Origin: Candidatus Methanomethylicaceae archaeon GD_Cm_T35_P0_bin.15 | Lineage (GTDB): Archaea; Thermoproteota; Methanomethylicia; Methanomethylicales; Methanomethylicaceae | Length of the DNA stretch: 64,000 nt | Direction: 5' to 3' | Assembly: GCA_038801785.1 (NCBI GenBank) | Contig: JAULTD010000001.1 | Span: 441,568 to 505,567 of the forward strand | Shown here: positions 49,736 to 59,237 of the stretch, piece by piece | Position numbering within the stretch: position 1 is the first letter of the stretch | Layout: the number at the start of each line of letters is the position of its first letter | Program-made: the position numbers and the translations under genes | The notes under the pieces: generated by a model | Seen by the model: only the letters and a program-made list of their open reading frames with translations | Databases searched by the model: none | Told to the model about the DNA's origin: nothing

Positions 49736-51755
49736 CGTTGGGCGCCTCGCAGGAGTAGAGGGACTTTTCGGCCAGGTACGTCAGGTTCCTGAAAGCAAGC
49801 GCGGTCCCGTTCAGCTTGGGCTCGGCGGCGCGCAGGAACTCGTTCAGGGTCATGTCCGGGGACATCTGGACCCCGGCGAACGAGCTTACGGACCGGACGG
49901 CAGAGAGGTACGATGCAATTACCTTCTGGCGCCCCTGGCTCAGCCCGGACGCCCTGACGGCGTTAGCCATGCTCACCGCGGGGATGTGCGCCATGATCTG
50001 GCCCATGCCTTCTGGCGCGGAACCGTCGGCCGGAGCCTGGGACACCACGGGACCGGCTGGGGAGCCGGAGTCAGAGCCGGCGCCAGAGCCAGAGTCGTTC
50101 TCCCCGCCCAAGCGCCTGACCCTCCTAAAGAAGAGCAGGCCTGCGAAGGCAAGCACGGCAGTACCTGCAGCAACGACCGGGTTCACTATGAATATGGTTG
50201 CTTTGGCATCGCCGTCGGCGTACCATGGCTCCGCAGGATATACGGAGACGGATACCGTATGGTAGCCCGCGATCCAGAGGGAGGGGGGCAGCTCAAAGCC
50301 CACGGAGAACGAGCCGTTCTCCGCCAGGAGGGTCCTGGAGCCGCCGGTCATATTGACGGTCACGGTCGCGTTGGTCAGGGGTGCGGTGCCGGCATAGGCG
50401 CTCCCCGATATCACCACCGTCGACGGGATGAGGGCGAAGGGAGGGCACGAGAGGGAGACGTTGACGGGCACCCTCTCCACCCTCAGGGTTCTGGAGGCGC
50501 TTCCGCCGGCATAGACGCCGCTGGGGCTCACCTCCGCGTAAAGATAATGGCTGCCCGTGGCCGCCGAGGGATCGATCGTGAAGGTCGTCACGAACGAGCC
50601 GTCGGGGCCGCTTGCAGGGGCGTCCAGGAGCGAGCCGTCCAGGTATATGCGGATAGACCTCCCCTCCTGCGGCATCCCTCCAGAAGTCACCTTCCCCGTT
50701 ACTGTAACGTCTTTCCCGGGATAGGATACGGGCGGCGATACCAGCTCAACGGAGGTATTGTTGAAGAGGAGCGTGAGCACCAGCGGCTCGCTCATGGAGG
50801 AGCGGTACAAGCTGCCGTCGTCTGCCGACGGGATGTAGAGGGCGAAGAGGTATGCCGGGCTCTCGTAGAGGAACGGGATGGCGAGGAGGCAGGTGTAGGA
50901 GCCGTCCGGGCCGGTCACCGCGGATACGGCGCTCTCGCCGTTGAACAGGACCGTTATGCCCTTCCCGCCGAGACCGGTGCCGTTGCAGGTAAGGGAGCCG
51001 GATAGCTGGACAGAGCCTCCAACCCAGACCTCGCTGGCGTTCGAGGTGAGCGTGAGGGAGGTCGGAGACGCGTAGGTCGGGTTGGTTCCATTGATCCCGC
51101 CAGAGCCGTTAGTACCATTAGTCCCGCCAGGCACGGTACCGTTCTGCCCGCTAATCCCGCTCAGCCTCTCGCGGTAAGCCAGGAACAGCCGCAGGTAATA
51201 GTCGATAAGATCTTCAACGCTCTGGACGCTGCCCTCCAGCTCGGCGTAGGCCATCCTCGCAGGGCTGCCTTCCGGCGTCTTGGGCACGCCCAGGCTGTTG
51301 CCGATGGAGACGGTCGTGGACTTTACGTCCTTCAGCTGGATCTTCGCCTTCGCGATGGCGATGGCGGCGTCGTGCAGGGTCTGGTTGGCGCCCTGTGCGT
51401 TGTTCTGGTCCAGCAGGCGCGAGGTCTCGTCCGCCAGCCTCTCGATCTCCTCCACCTCGTCGCTCACCCTGGAAGTCTGCTCGGTATACTGCCCGAAGAG
51501 GGAGCGCACGTTCGAGGGGAGGGAGATCAGGTTGTACCTGGCGAGCAGCTCCCGGATATGGTCGTAATCGCTCTCGGGTATCAGCCTGAAGATGTCCGCA
51601 TAATAGGAGAGGAGCGAGTAGGCGTCCATTATGTTCGGGGCGGTGGACGGCTCCTCGTGGGGGGTAAAGTCGAGCTGGGCCCTGACGGGCGCCTGCAGAC
51701 CGGTCAGCAGCATGAGCATCAGCGGGGCTACCAGGAAGGGGTATCTCGCAGTCAA
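49665..51755 (-). CDS. Large cell-surface protein: signal peptide, coiled-coil region, Asn/Gly/Thr-rich linker, Ig-like beta repeats, TM anchor and a short cytoplasmic DUF4129-like tail
   Basis: N-terminal 'MTARYPFLVAPLMLMLLTGLQAPVRAQ'. 'GTNGTNGSGGINGTNPT' linker. C-terminal TM 'VVAAGTAVLAFAGLLFF'. 696 aa. Confidence 0.6.
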   Translation of the reverse strand: MTARYPFLVAPLMLMLLTGLQAPVRAQLDFTPHEEPSTAPNIMDAYSLLSYYADIFRLIPESDYDHIRELLARYNLISLPSNVRSLFGQYTEQTSRVSDEVEEIERLADETSRLLDQNNAQGANQTLHDAAIAIAKAKIQLKDVKSTTVSIGNSLGVPKTPEGSPARMAYAELEGSVQSVEDLIDYYLRLFLAYRERLSGISGQNGTVPGGTNGTNGSGGINGTNPTYASPTSLTLTSNASEVWVGGSVQLSGSLTCNGTGLGGKGITVLFNGESAVSAVTGPDGSYTCLLAIPFLYESPAYLFALYIPSADDGSLYRSSMSEPLVLTLLFNNTSVELVSPPVSYPGKDVTVTGKVTSGGMPQEGRSIRIYLDGSLLDAPASGPDGSFVTTFTIDPSAATGSHYLYAEVSPSGVYAGGSASRTLRVERVPVNVSLSCPPFALIPSTVVISGSAYAGTAPLTNATVTVNMTGGSRTLLAENGSFSVGFELPPSLWIAGYHTVSVSVYPAEPWYADGDAKATIFIVNPVVAAGTAVLAFAGLLFFRRVRRLGGENDSGSGAGSDSGSPAGPVVSQAPADGSAPEGMGQIMAHIPAVSMANAVRASGLSQGRQKVIASYLSAVRSVSSFAGVQMSPDMTLNEFLRAAEPKLNGTALAFRNLTYLAEKSLYSCEAPNVDDLSAADDYARYVAERLGIGGS

Positions 51756-52096
51756 AGGATCCTGAAGCCGAAGAGGATCTCCGTCACCCTCGAGGCGACT
51801 ATCACCAGGAAGACCGCGAAGAGCGCGTACCCCGTCAGGTCGAGCACCCGGTTGGTCTTCGGCTTGAGCGGGGAGTGGAGCAGGGTCATGATGAAGTACT
51901 CGATTATGTAGAGCGATACGTAGAGGTCCAGGCGCGTCTCGTTGAACAGGGACAGGACGAGGGTAGTGATGGCGTACGCCGCCCCTGTCGAGAGGAGGTA
52001 ACGCTCATTGAGCCTCAATTGGTGGGATCGCGGCTTCGGCTTGTGTTGGGGGCGCCGACTGTTCTGCAGCCTCGGCTGTGGTTTTTTCGCCTGCAC
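51752..52096 (-). CDS. Small membrane protein (2-3 TM); its 5' part overlaps the upstream ORF in another frame, so the true start is probably further downstream
   Basis: The hydrophobic C-terminal 80 aa are preceded by a basic low-complexity N-terminus. Overlaps the following gene by 4 nt. Confidence 0.35.
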   Translation of the reverse strand: MQAKKPQPRLQNSRRPQHKPKPRSHQLRLNERYLLSTGAAYAITTLVLSLFNETRLDLYVSLYIIEYFIMTLLHSPLKPKTNRVLDLTGYALFAVFLVIVASRVTEILFGFRIL

Positions 52097-52841
52097 CTGC
52101 GCCTGTGCCAGCCTTCACGCTGAGCCTTACGATGTGCTTGCCGCCGCCGGCCTCCTCTCCGGTGATCGTGACGGGGGAGCCGGTGCACTCGGCAACGACT
52201 GACGCCACCACCGAGGCTATGGGGCTCCCGATGTTCTCGAAGATCTTCATCCGCCTGTGGTCGAGCTTCGGGCCCCTCACCTCCACGTTCACGGCGGGGC
52301 CCTCCTGCACCACGCGGACCCCCTCAGCCAGATCGGTCGAGCCGGTCATCACCGATGATAGTGAGCCTTCGATGTCCGTGCCCTCGAGCCCAAGGTGGGC
52401 GAACCTCCTCACGGCAGCCGTCCCCAGCGTGGTCACTAGGATGCCCATCTCGTCCGGTCTCCTGCCGTAGCGGACGATGAGCCGGTTCGGCAGCGCCCTC
52501 TCGATCCGCGGGCTGTCGCGGGGCGAGACGGCGAGGAACGCGCGAGGGCTGCCGCCTGTGAGCGGCGAGGGCAGGTAGACCGCCTTCGAGCCGATCCCGA
52601 GCTCCTCTATCAGGGCCGCAGTGTTGTCGAGCCCGGCTTCCAGGAGCATGCTGCTGATCTCCGGCGGGACCCTCGGCTGCCCCCTCGCCAGCGCGAAGGA
52701 GATGGCCGCCAGGATAATCGTGGAGATGCCCAGCGCGGTGAAGGGCACGAAGCTCAGTACGAAGTGCGACGTAAGCGCGAGGAATGCCCCCGACACCAGG
52801 AGGCATATCCCCAGGATGTGGAAGGACGAGCGGTGCGCCAT
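52005..52841 (-). CDS. Hypothetical membrane-anchored protein (2 N-terminal TM, then a soluble domain, then an A/E/T-rich tail)
   Basis: 278 aa. Directly abuts the upstream gene (52841/52842). No recognised motif. Confidence 0.45.
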   Translation of the reverse strand: MAHRSSFHILGICLLVSGAFLALTSHFVLSFVPFTALGISTIILAAISFALARGQPRVPPEISSMLLEAGLDNTAALIEELGIGSKAVYLPSPLTGGSPRAFLAVSPRDSPRIERALPNRLIVRYGRRPDEMGILVTTLGTAAVRRFAHLGLEGTDIEGSLSSVMTGSTDLAEGVRVVQEGPAVNVEVRGPKLDHRRMKIFENIGSPIASVVASVVAECTGSPVTITGEEAGGGKHIVRLSVKAGTGAGAGEKTTAEAAEQSAPPTQAEAAIPPIEAQ

Positions 52842-53495
52842 TTATGCGGTCCTCCGCCCCATCTTTCCTGCACCTGCGCCTGCAAGCCTGTCAAGGGAGC
52901 CGTCCTTTCCAACGAGCCCCAGGCGGAAGTACCTGTACTTGCGGACGGAGGCTGCGACCGCCATGGCTTCGGTGAAGAGCGCGAGCGAGAACGTGACGGG
53001 CTCCAGGCGGATGCCCCACGGCGTGTAGTTCAGCACCAGCCCGATCAGGGGGACGACCGCCAGGCTCAGCCCCACCGAGAGCGCGAGCCTCTCAAGCCCT
53101 TCCAGATCGCCCGCCTTGGAGTAGAGCGCCTCGACCAGCATCGACCCGGGCAGGAAGAGGATGAAGAACGCCCCCAGCACATACCTCGCGTAGATGAGGG
53201 GCGGCCCGGTGACATACAAAACAAGGGGTACGGTCGCCGCGACGAGGGCGGTGACGCCCCAGAACCAGAGGCTCCTGAAGTTGAGCATGTAGCCGGCGAG
53301 GCTGCCGGGCGGGGACTCGTCCACAAGGTCCAGCTGCCCCCGCTTCCACATGACGTAGACTGCCCTGGCCGCGTCGTTGAACTTTACGCCCCTCTCCCTT
53401 ACGAGAGCGTCTACCAGGTCGGGCAGCCTGGGACTGTGCATCCTCCTGGCGGTATCGGCGATGGCTGGGAACAGCTCTGTATCGTCCTTTGCCAA
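52842..53495 (-). CDS. Membrane protein with an N-terminal cytoplasmic helical (wHTH-like) domain and 4 TM helices
   Basis: 217 aa. 'LVLYVTGPPLIYARYVLGAFFILFLPGSMLV' is a TM region. Confidence 0.45.
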   Translation of the reverse strand: MAKDDTELFPAIADTARRMHSPRLPDLVDALVRERGVKFNDAARAVYVMWKRGQLDLVDESPPGSLAGYMLNFRSLWFWGVTALVAATVPLVLYVTGPPLIYARYVLGAFFILFLPGSMLVEALYSKAGDLEGLERLALSVGLSLAVVPLIGLVLNYTPWGIRLEPVTFSLALFTEAMAVAASVRKYRYFRLGLVGKDGSLDRLAGAGAGKMGRRTA

Positions 53496-53498
53496 CGT

Positions 53499-54569
53499 TC
53501 AGCTCGAGCTTATTATCTCGGTTATCCTCTCGCCGCTCTTCCCGTCGCCGAACGGGTTGACCCACGAGCGGTCCCTGTCAAGCATCATCCCGGCGCACTC
53601 CAGAATCTTCTCAGGGCTGGTGCCGGCGAGCATGTTCGCGCCGGCCTCAACGGTCTCCGGCCTCTCCGTGTTGTACCGCAGCGTGACGCACGGCACCTTC
53701 AGGATGCAGGCCTCCTCCTGCACTCCCCCCGAGTCGGTGAATATGAGCCCGGCGCCGCACTCCAGCCTCAGGAACGAGAGGTAGTCGACGGGCTCGGTGA
53801 TCGCTATGTTGCCGGTCTTTACCGTTATGCCGAACTCCCGGAGCCTCTTCCGCGTCCGGGGGTGCATCGGATAGATAATCTTCTTCCCGAACTTCCCGGA
53901 GACGAGGTCCAGCCCCTTCAGTATGCTGGCGAGCCGCTCGGGGTTGTCGACGTTCTCCTGCCGGTGCATCGTCATAAGGAAGTACCCCTCGGGGTCCATC
54001 AGCCCGGCTCCCGCGCCGCTCTCCTCCGCCAGCCTGAGGTTCTGCCGGACGGCATCGACGACCGTGTTCCCGGTCACGAAGACGCCCTTCTCGATCCCTT
54101 CCCTGGCAAGGTTGGCGCGGGCGGTCTCGGTGGGCGCAAACAGCAGGTCGGAGACGTGGTCTGCCGTCACCCGGTTTATCTCCTCAGGCATGGTCCGGTC
54201 GTAGCTCCTCAGCCCCGCCTCGACGTGCCCGAGCCGGATGCCGAGCTTGACCGCCGCGAGGGCCCCGGCCAGGACCGTATTCGTGTCGCCCTGCACCAGC
54301 GCGATGTCCGGCTTCTCCTCCTTCAGGGGCTTCTCCATGCCGATCAGCATCCTGCCGGTCTCCTCCGCGTGGCTCCCCGAGCCGACGTTGAGGTTGTACC
54401 TCGCCCCGGGCAGCCTGAGCTGGGAGAAGAAGACCGCGTCCATGTTGTATGAGTAGTGCTGCCCGGTGTGGAGGATGAAATAGTCCAGACCGGCGCGTTC
54501 GCAGGCCCTGATCACGGGGGACATCTTTATTATCTCGGGCCTGGTCCCGAGGATGATCGCGACCTTCAT
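53499..54569 (-). CDS. wecB: UDP-N-acetylglucosamine 2-epimerase (non-hydrolysing)
   Basis: 'MKVAIILGTRPEIIKMSPVIRA' and 'HTGQHYSYNMD' match the WecB/MnaA signature. 356 aa. Confidence 0.92.
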   Translation of the reverse strand: MKVAIILGTRPEIIKMSPVIRACERAGLDYFILHTGQHYSYNMDAVFFSQLRLPGARYNLNVGSGSHAEETGRMLIGMEKPLKEEKPDIALVQGDTNTVLAGALAAVKLGIRLGHVEAGLRSYDRTMPEEINRVTADHVSDLLFAPTETARANLAREGIEKGVFVTGNTVVDAVRQNLRLAEESGAGAGLMDPEGYFLMTMHRQENVDNPERLASILKGLDLVSGKFGKKIIYPMHPRTRKRLREFGITVKTGNIAITEPVDYLSFLRLECGAGLIFTDSGGVQEEACILKVPCVTLRYNTERPETVEAGANMLAGTSPEKILECAGMMLDRDRSWVNPFGDGKSGERITEIISSS

Positions 54570-54636
54570 GTTGCCCCGTGGGAGGCATGGCCGGGCATAT
54601 TCTCGCGGGCTGGGCCGGCGGCGGTGGCGCCCATGC

Positions 54637-55131
54637 CTATATGGCGCCTTCCTCGGGGGTCAGGATGTTCACCCTCAGCGCCACGGTCTCGTCGGTGCAG
54701 AGACGCTCGAAGAGCTCGTCATATTCTTTCCTCACGGACTTCGTCTCGAAGTACCGGTTGTATTCGATGACCCGGTCCCGGCACCCGATACCCGAGTCGT
54801 TGAAGAAGTCGCGGGTGATGGGCAGTATCTTGTCAGGGCGGTTGCACGGGATGAGGAAGAACTCCTCGACTATCCGGTCGGTCTCGAGGACCCTGTAGCA
54901 GATGATGACGCCTTTCTTGGCGTAGATGCCGCCGTTGCCGTTACCGCTGCAGTTGCCGTTACCGCTGCAGTTGCCGTTACCGCTGCAGTTGCCGTTACCG
55001 CTGCAGTTGCCGTTACCGCTGCCGTTGACTCTGCCGCTGTTGGCGCTACACCCCAAAGAGTTGCCGTTTCCACTCGGGCAGTTGCTCTCAACCTCGGTCA
55101 TTTCCCTCTCACCTTGCTCCTGTTGCTCCAA
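54637..55131 (-). CDS. Hypothetical protein with an N-terminal Cys/Asn/Gly hexapeptide tandem repeat (NGNCSG x4-5) and a ~100-aa C-terminal domain of unknown function
   Basis: An 18-nt perfect tandem repeat at 54937-55026 encodes the repeat. An (AATCC)n pentamer repeat sits immediately upstream (55143-55185). Confidence 0.45.
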   Translation of the reverse strand: MEQQEQGEREMTEVESNCPSGNGNSLGCSANSGRVNGSGNGNCSGNGNCSGNGNCSGNGNCSGNGNGGIYAKKGVIICYRVLETDRIVEEFFLIPCNRPDKILPITRDFFNDSGIGCRDRVIEYNRYFETKSVRKEYDELFERLCTDETVALRVNILTPEEGAI

Positions 55132-55176
55132 TTCCTTGGTTTAATCCAATCCAATCCAGTCCAATCCAGATTCAAT

Positions 55177-55545
55177 TCAGTTCGTTATGACGAATACCCA
55201 CCTGCTCATGCGGGAGAGCATGTCGGTCCCGAGCCAGAAGATGTATTGGTCGCTGTTGATCCACTTCCTCACTGCAGGGAACACCCTCGCTGTCGCGTTC
55301 CTGAGCATACCCAGCGCCCTCTCCATCCCTCTGCGGAATATCTTCTGGCCTATGGTCAGTCCAATTCGCTCAGCTACGCTGCCGATCATCTCGACGAGCC
55401 TCTGGTTCACTATCTGTCCCCGCAGCCTCGCATATGATAGAGCAGCCCTAAAGAGGCCCCGCTGGACAGGAGGGAGCCTGCGCACGGTTCCGTTCCGCGA
55501 TCCCCGTCTCCAGAGTGATAGTATTGCAGCGTAGCTGATAGTCAA
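55177..55545 (-). CDS. Hypothetical protein
   Basis: 122-aa ORF in operon context. No motif recognised. Confidence 0.3.
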   Translation of the reverse strand: MTISYAAILSLWRRGSRNGTVRRLPPVQRGLFRAALSYARLRGQIVNQRLVEMIGSVAERIGLTIGQKIFRRGMERALGMLRNATARVFPAVRKWINSDQYIFWLGTDMLSRMSRWVFVITN

Positions 55546-55764
55546 CCTGGTGCATCTCGACTTTTTGTTATGGATTGCTCAGAATTTAAAAGCCTTGTGA
55601 AGGGCACTTTTGTTCCACACTAACCTGCATGACTTTCTTTGAACGATCGTTAAACTGTAGAATTTTTGTGTGTATTGCTACGGAGGCAGTAAAAAAGAGC
55701 GTCCGCGCTTCCGGGCAGACGTGGAAAGGGGGGCAGTATTTAATATTGACTGGAGACTATCTGA

Positions 55765-56508
55765 CTACCTCTTGACCACTCTTTTATAGATCCCCAAGAG
55801 TAGCCCGGCGACTGATTCTGGCATATGCTCTCTAGGGAGGCTCTCCAACACAGTTCCATCGTACCGAACTACCTTGCATCCGGATGCCAAAGCTTCAAGT
55901 GCGGCCTTGCTGGTATCATTTATCAGCCTGCCGCCAATTGATTTCACGTCAATGTAGTACTCGTACTCTGAGAAGATCTGAGGGAGGCGGGAGTGGGGTA
56001 TCGGCGATGCAAACCGGTCATGGAGCGTCAGGCTGAGACCAAGTTCTTTTGCGTACTGCCGGGCTAGATCATCAGCCCCGTAGGAGAAAGAGAAGGCGGT
56101 TGCCGGCACATGCTGCCGCCTATCGTAGAAGAGCCAAGTCTCTATCGGGATTGGAAGATAGATCGTACCTTCAGGGGCCCCTTCTAATAGATCCCGCGTG
56201 GAGACGAGGATAGCATCGGCATCGCGGTGATATGCGCGCTTCTCTCCCCACATGCCGCGGATGTCCGACCCGTGGTAGTGAAAAACAACAGGCTTACTAG
56301 GGGCTAGGGATTTAATTGCGCGGCCGATGCCTTCACAGGAATGTATGTGAGTTATATCATAGAAGGGGGCCAGGAGGAGGGATGCGATGCGGAAGAGTGT
56401 TAAAGAGGGAAGACAGAGGGATCCCTGATCATCCCAAGGAGGTTTCTTAGAGGCTAGAACAGTAGATTCGACCGAGCCCTTGAGAATGCGCGAAAAGATC
56501 GAGGCCAC
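55765..56508 (-). CDS. Glycosyltransferase-like protein (GT-B C-terminal half-like)
   Basis: 'SKAALEALASGCKVV' resembles the GT1/GT4 C-terminal nucleotide-sugar binding region. 247 aa. Confidence 0.4.
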   Translation of the reverse strand: MASIFSRILKGSVESTVLASKKPPWDDQGSLCLPSLTLFRIASLLLAPFYDITHIHSCEGIGRAIKSLAPSKPVVFHYHGSDIRGMWGEKRAYHRDADAILVSTRDLLEGAPEGTIYLPIPIETWLFYDRRQHVPATAFSFSYGADDLARQYAKELGLSLTLHDRFASPIPHSRLPQIFSEYEYYIDVKSIGGRLINDTSKAALEALASGCKVVRYDGTVLESLPREHMPESVAGLLLGIYKRVVKR

Positions 56509-56537
56509 CCCTGCGGTATCGCCGACGTGAAGGATCC

Positions 56538-57131
56538 TTAAACCGAAACCCTCCTTTGGATTATGTGGAGCGCCCTAGGTTCGACTTTGGGTTTACTGCC
56601 AACCGATGTGAGTTCTGGTCCTTCCTCTTCTAGGAGGTGTACACCTCTACTGAAGCATTTGGAACGCTGAAAAAGATCGTCTGAATCGGTCTTAGGGGGG
56701 CGGTTCTCCCAAGCATAAGCCACCTCTGTCCAGCCAGCCAAGTTTTCGAGGATCGCGTTGTAGGCGGTATCGCCGAGGATATGGGAGGGCAGATCGAGGC
56801 AGAGCACTGCTTCGGTCTCGATGCATGTGGGTTTGACGGCGCCTTGGCATATGAGTTCCCCTTCCTTGAGCTTGGCACGGTTGCGCTCGATTATTGTCGG
56901 TGATATGTCGATGCCAACATATCTCCTGCAGGCGGGGGAATCGCTGAAGCGGAAGGTGAGGTCCCCATAATTGACATCCGAGATTTCCTCGGGAGTACGG
57001 TCAAGGATACAGGACCTCTTCCTCAAGCCGATAGTGCCGTGGGAGCCTTGACCGGAGTTGCCGCCTTCACGGTAGCGCTTTTCCCAATAGCTCGTTTTTC
57101 TCCCACCATCAATTTGGGCATACCTCTGCAA
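56538..57131 (-). CDS. Probable SAM-dependent methyltransferase
   Basis: N-terminal 'SYWEKRYREGG' and 'YVGIDISPTIIERNRAKL' (post-motif-I block). Confidence 0.4.
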   Translation of the reverse strand: MQRYAQIDGGRKTSYWEKRYREGGNSGQGSHGTIGLRKRSCILDRTPEEISDVNYGDLTFRFSDSPACRRYVGIDISPTIIERNRAKLKEGELICQGAVKPTCIETEAVLCLDLPSHILGDTAYNAILENLAGWTEVAYAWENRPPKTDSDDLFQRSKCFSRGVHLLEEEGPELTSVGSKPKVEPRALHIIQRRVSV

Positions 57132-57438
57132 GCAATCCGATTATAACCATTTTTGTTTCTGGTTTAAGGTGCAATCAGATCAGGATTACAAAAATAATAT
57201 ACTCAACCTCATTTTTCATGCCGTATCCAAAAAGCAATCGCCAAGCTAGGGAGTGTGAAGACTGATGATGGCCTTTACTGTGGGCTTAGGACCTCTAATA
57301 CCTTCCGATCGCTCGATACCAGCGGCAGAATGAGGTCAGTTCAGTTTATGGAAAAGATCACATCTTCGCATCTCCTTTTCTTCAATCAGAAACCTGAATC
57401 GTGCTTAGATCGCAGGCGCAACCTACCCGGCGGACGCT

Positions 57439-59163
57439 TCACTCCTCAGCGCCGCCGCCCGCCAGCCGGGCCTCCACCTCGGGGGCATACATCTTGGGAC
57501 CGTCCCGGATCAGCTTCAGCTCGTACGCCATAACCGGCTTCACCACGGTCTTCAGGAGTCCGGACTTTCCAAGCATCAGGTCGGCGTTCTCCAGATCGAC
57601 GCCCCTCACCGCGCCGACGATGGGCGCCACGGTGAGGAAGATGGCCAGGAAGGACACTGCCCCCACGGCGAGGTTGAGCACATTCCCCAGCTGGACGAAG
57701 AGGTGGACGGCCACCACCGGGGCGGTCGCTATCCCTGAGGCAACGTATATCCTCCAGATCTTCCCCATGTTCAGGCCCAGCCCGTACCTGTTCCCCGCAA
57801 GGTAGAGGCCGTACACGGTATAGGCGAGGCTCGCCAGCAGGTAGATTATGATCGTCCCGGTAACGCCGATGAGCTGGGTCGCCAGCGGGGCGAGGGGGAT
57901 GAAGAGACCTGCGCGGAGCGCGTGCATCCTCAGGGTGAGCCTCGTGGCCCCTATCCCGTTGAACATGCTCTCGAGGACGGAGTAGCCGATCCCGGTGAAG
58001 AGGAAGAGGACGGTGTAGAGCGAGAAGTAGAAGGGCGCGAGGGTGTAGCTCGCCCCGTACAGGATATACACCAGCTCGTCGGAGAATATTATAGCCATGG
58101 TGGAGACGGGGACGAGGATGAGCGAGCCGTACCTGACCGTGAGGTCGAAGAACTTCTGAAGCTCCGAACGTTCCTTTGAAGGGTCTATCCTCGAGAAGGC
58201 GGGCACGAGCGCAAGCGCGATCGCATAGTTGAACATGGTCAGGATCGCGGAGAGGCTGATGGTCGCGTTGTAGTTGCCGATATCGAAGTTGGAGACGAAG
58301 AACGCGAGGAGGAGGAACTGGTACTGGTTGACCAGCATGATCAGGATCTGGCAGAAGTAGAGCGGGAACCCGTAGATGATCATCGGCTTGAGGTCGCAGA
58401 GGCCGTAGTGGAAGCGGGCGCGGAAGCCATAGCCGCCCTTAGGCGGCGGGTCCTGCGCCTCTGCCTGCAGGCTGCCGGGCGGAGACGCCTTGAGGGTCCT
58501 GAGGTACCGATCCACCCAGTAGAGGAGGGTCAGCCCGACGATCGCCCCGGCCAGGTAGCCCAGCACGTGGCCCGCGACCGCGCCTGCGACCCCGAAGCCC
58601 AGCAGTATGAGGAGGGGCGCCGTGACGACTTTGGTTATTGACATGAAGAGGTTGATGAGGACGCTCCTGCCCATCATGTTCAGCCCCATCAGTGCGTAGA
58701 CCCCGGGGGAGGTGATGGACTGGAGGAGGATTGTGATAGAGGCGATGCTGACGAGGAAGCTCATGTCGGGGCGGTTCAGGAGGTAGGTGGCGAAGAACCA
58801 GGAGAAGGTGAAGACTAGGAGGAAGACGAGAACCCCTATGAGGAACCTGAGCCCCATGCCGGCGCGGATGGTCCGGGCGATAAGGCTCTCGCGGCCGTCC
58901 GACCGCAGCTTCGCGGGGAACCTTATGAGCGCCTGGTCCAGGCCGAGCCCCATCAGGTAGTTCATTATGAGGGGTACGGTCAGCGCCAGGGTGTAGAGGC
59001 CGTAGCCGTCGGGGTCGAGGAGCCTGGCGATCAGGATGGAGGCGATGGCGGCGAGGACGTTGGTGGCGGCGTCCCCGATCATGAGGGCGAAGGCCCCCCT
59101 CGCAGAGTCTTCCGCTATGGAGGTAAGCTTCGTGCTGATGCCGTTGATCGCCGGCTTTGCCAT
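57439..59163 (-). CDS. Wzx-like oligosaccharide flippase (MOP superfamily)
   Basis: Start set at the internal ATG (MAKPAINGIST...). The 82 codons upstream are R/P-rich. ~14 TM segments. Confidence 0.6.
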   Translation of the reverse strand: MAKPAINGISTKLTSIAEDSARGAFALMIGDAATNVLAAIASILIARLLDPDGYGLYTLALTVPLIMNYLMGLGLDQALIRFPAKLRSDGRESLIARTIRAGMGLRFLIGVLVFLLVFTFSWFFATYLLNRPDMSFLVSIASITILLQSITSPGVYALMGLNMMGRSVLINLFMSITKVVTAPLLILLGFGVAGAVAGHVLGYLAGAIVGLTLLYWVDRYLRTLKASPPGSLQAEAQDPPPKGGYGFRARFHYGLCDLKPMIIYGFPLYFCQILIMLVNQYQFLLLAFFVSNFDIGNYNATISLSAILTMFNYAIALALVPAFSRIDPSKERSELQKFFDLTVRYGSLILVPVSTMAIIFSDELVYILYGASYTLAPFYFSLYTVLFLFTGIGYSVLESMFNGIGATRLTLRMHALRAGLFIPLAPLATQLIGVTGTIIIYLLASLAYTVYGLYLAGNRYGLGLNMGKIWRIYVASGIATAPVVAVHLFVQLGNVLNLAVGAVSFLAIFLTVAPIVGAVRGVDLENADLMLGKSGLLKTVVKPVMAYELKLIRDGPKMYAPEVEARLAGGGAEE

Positions 59164-59237
59164 GGCCCCTTGCGCCTGCCGACGTTGATCCTCCGGGCTC
59201 TGCTGCCCCGGATCCTCAGGCCGCGGTTTCATAGCAA

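Noticed and set aside
54937-55026. Perfect 18-nt direct repeats that could be mistaken for a mini CRISPR array
   Set aside because: The repeats are contiguous with no spacers. They are in-frame inside a coding sequence and encode a peptide repeat. There is no leader and no cas genes.
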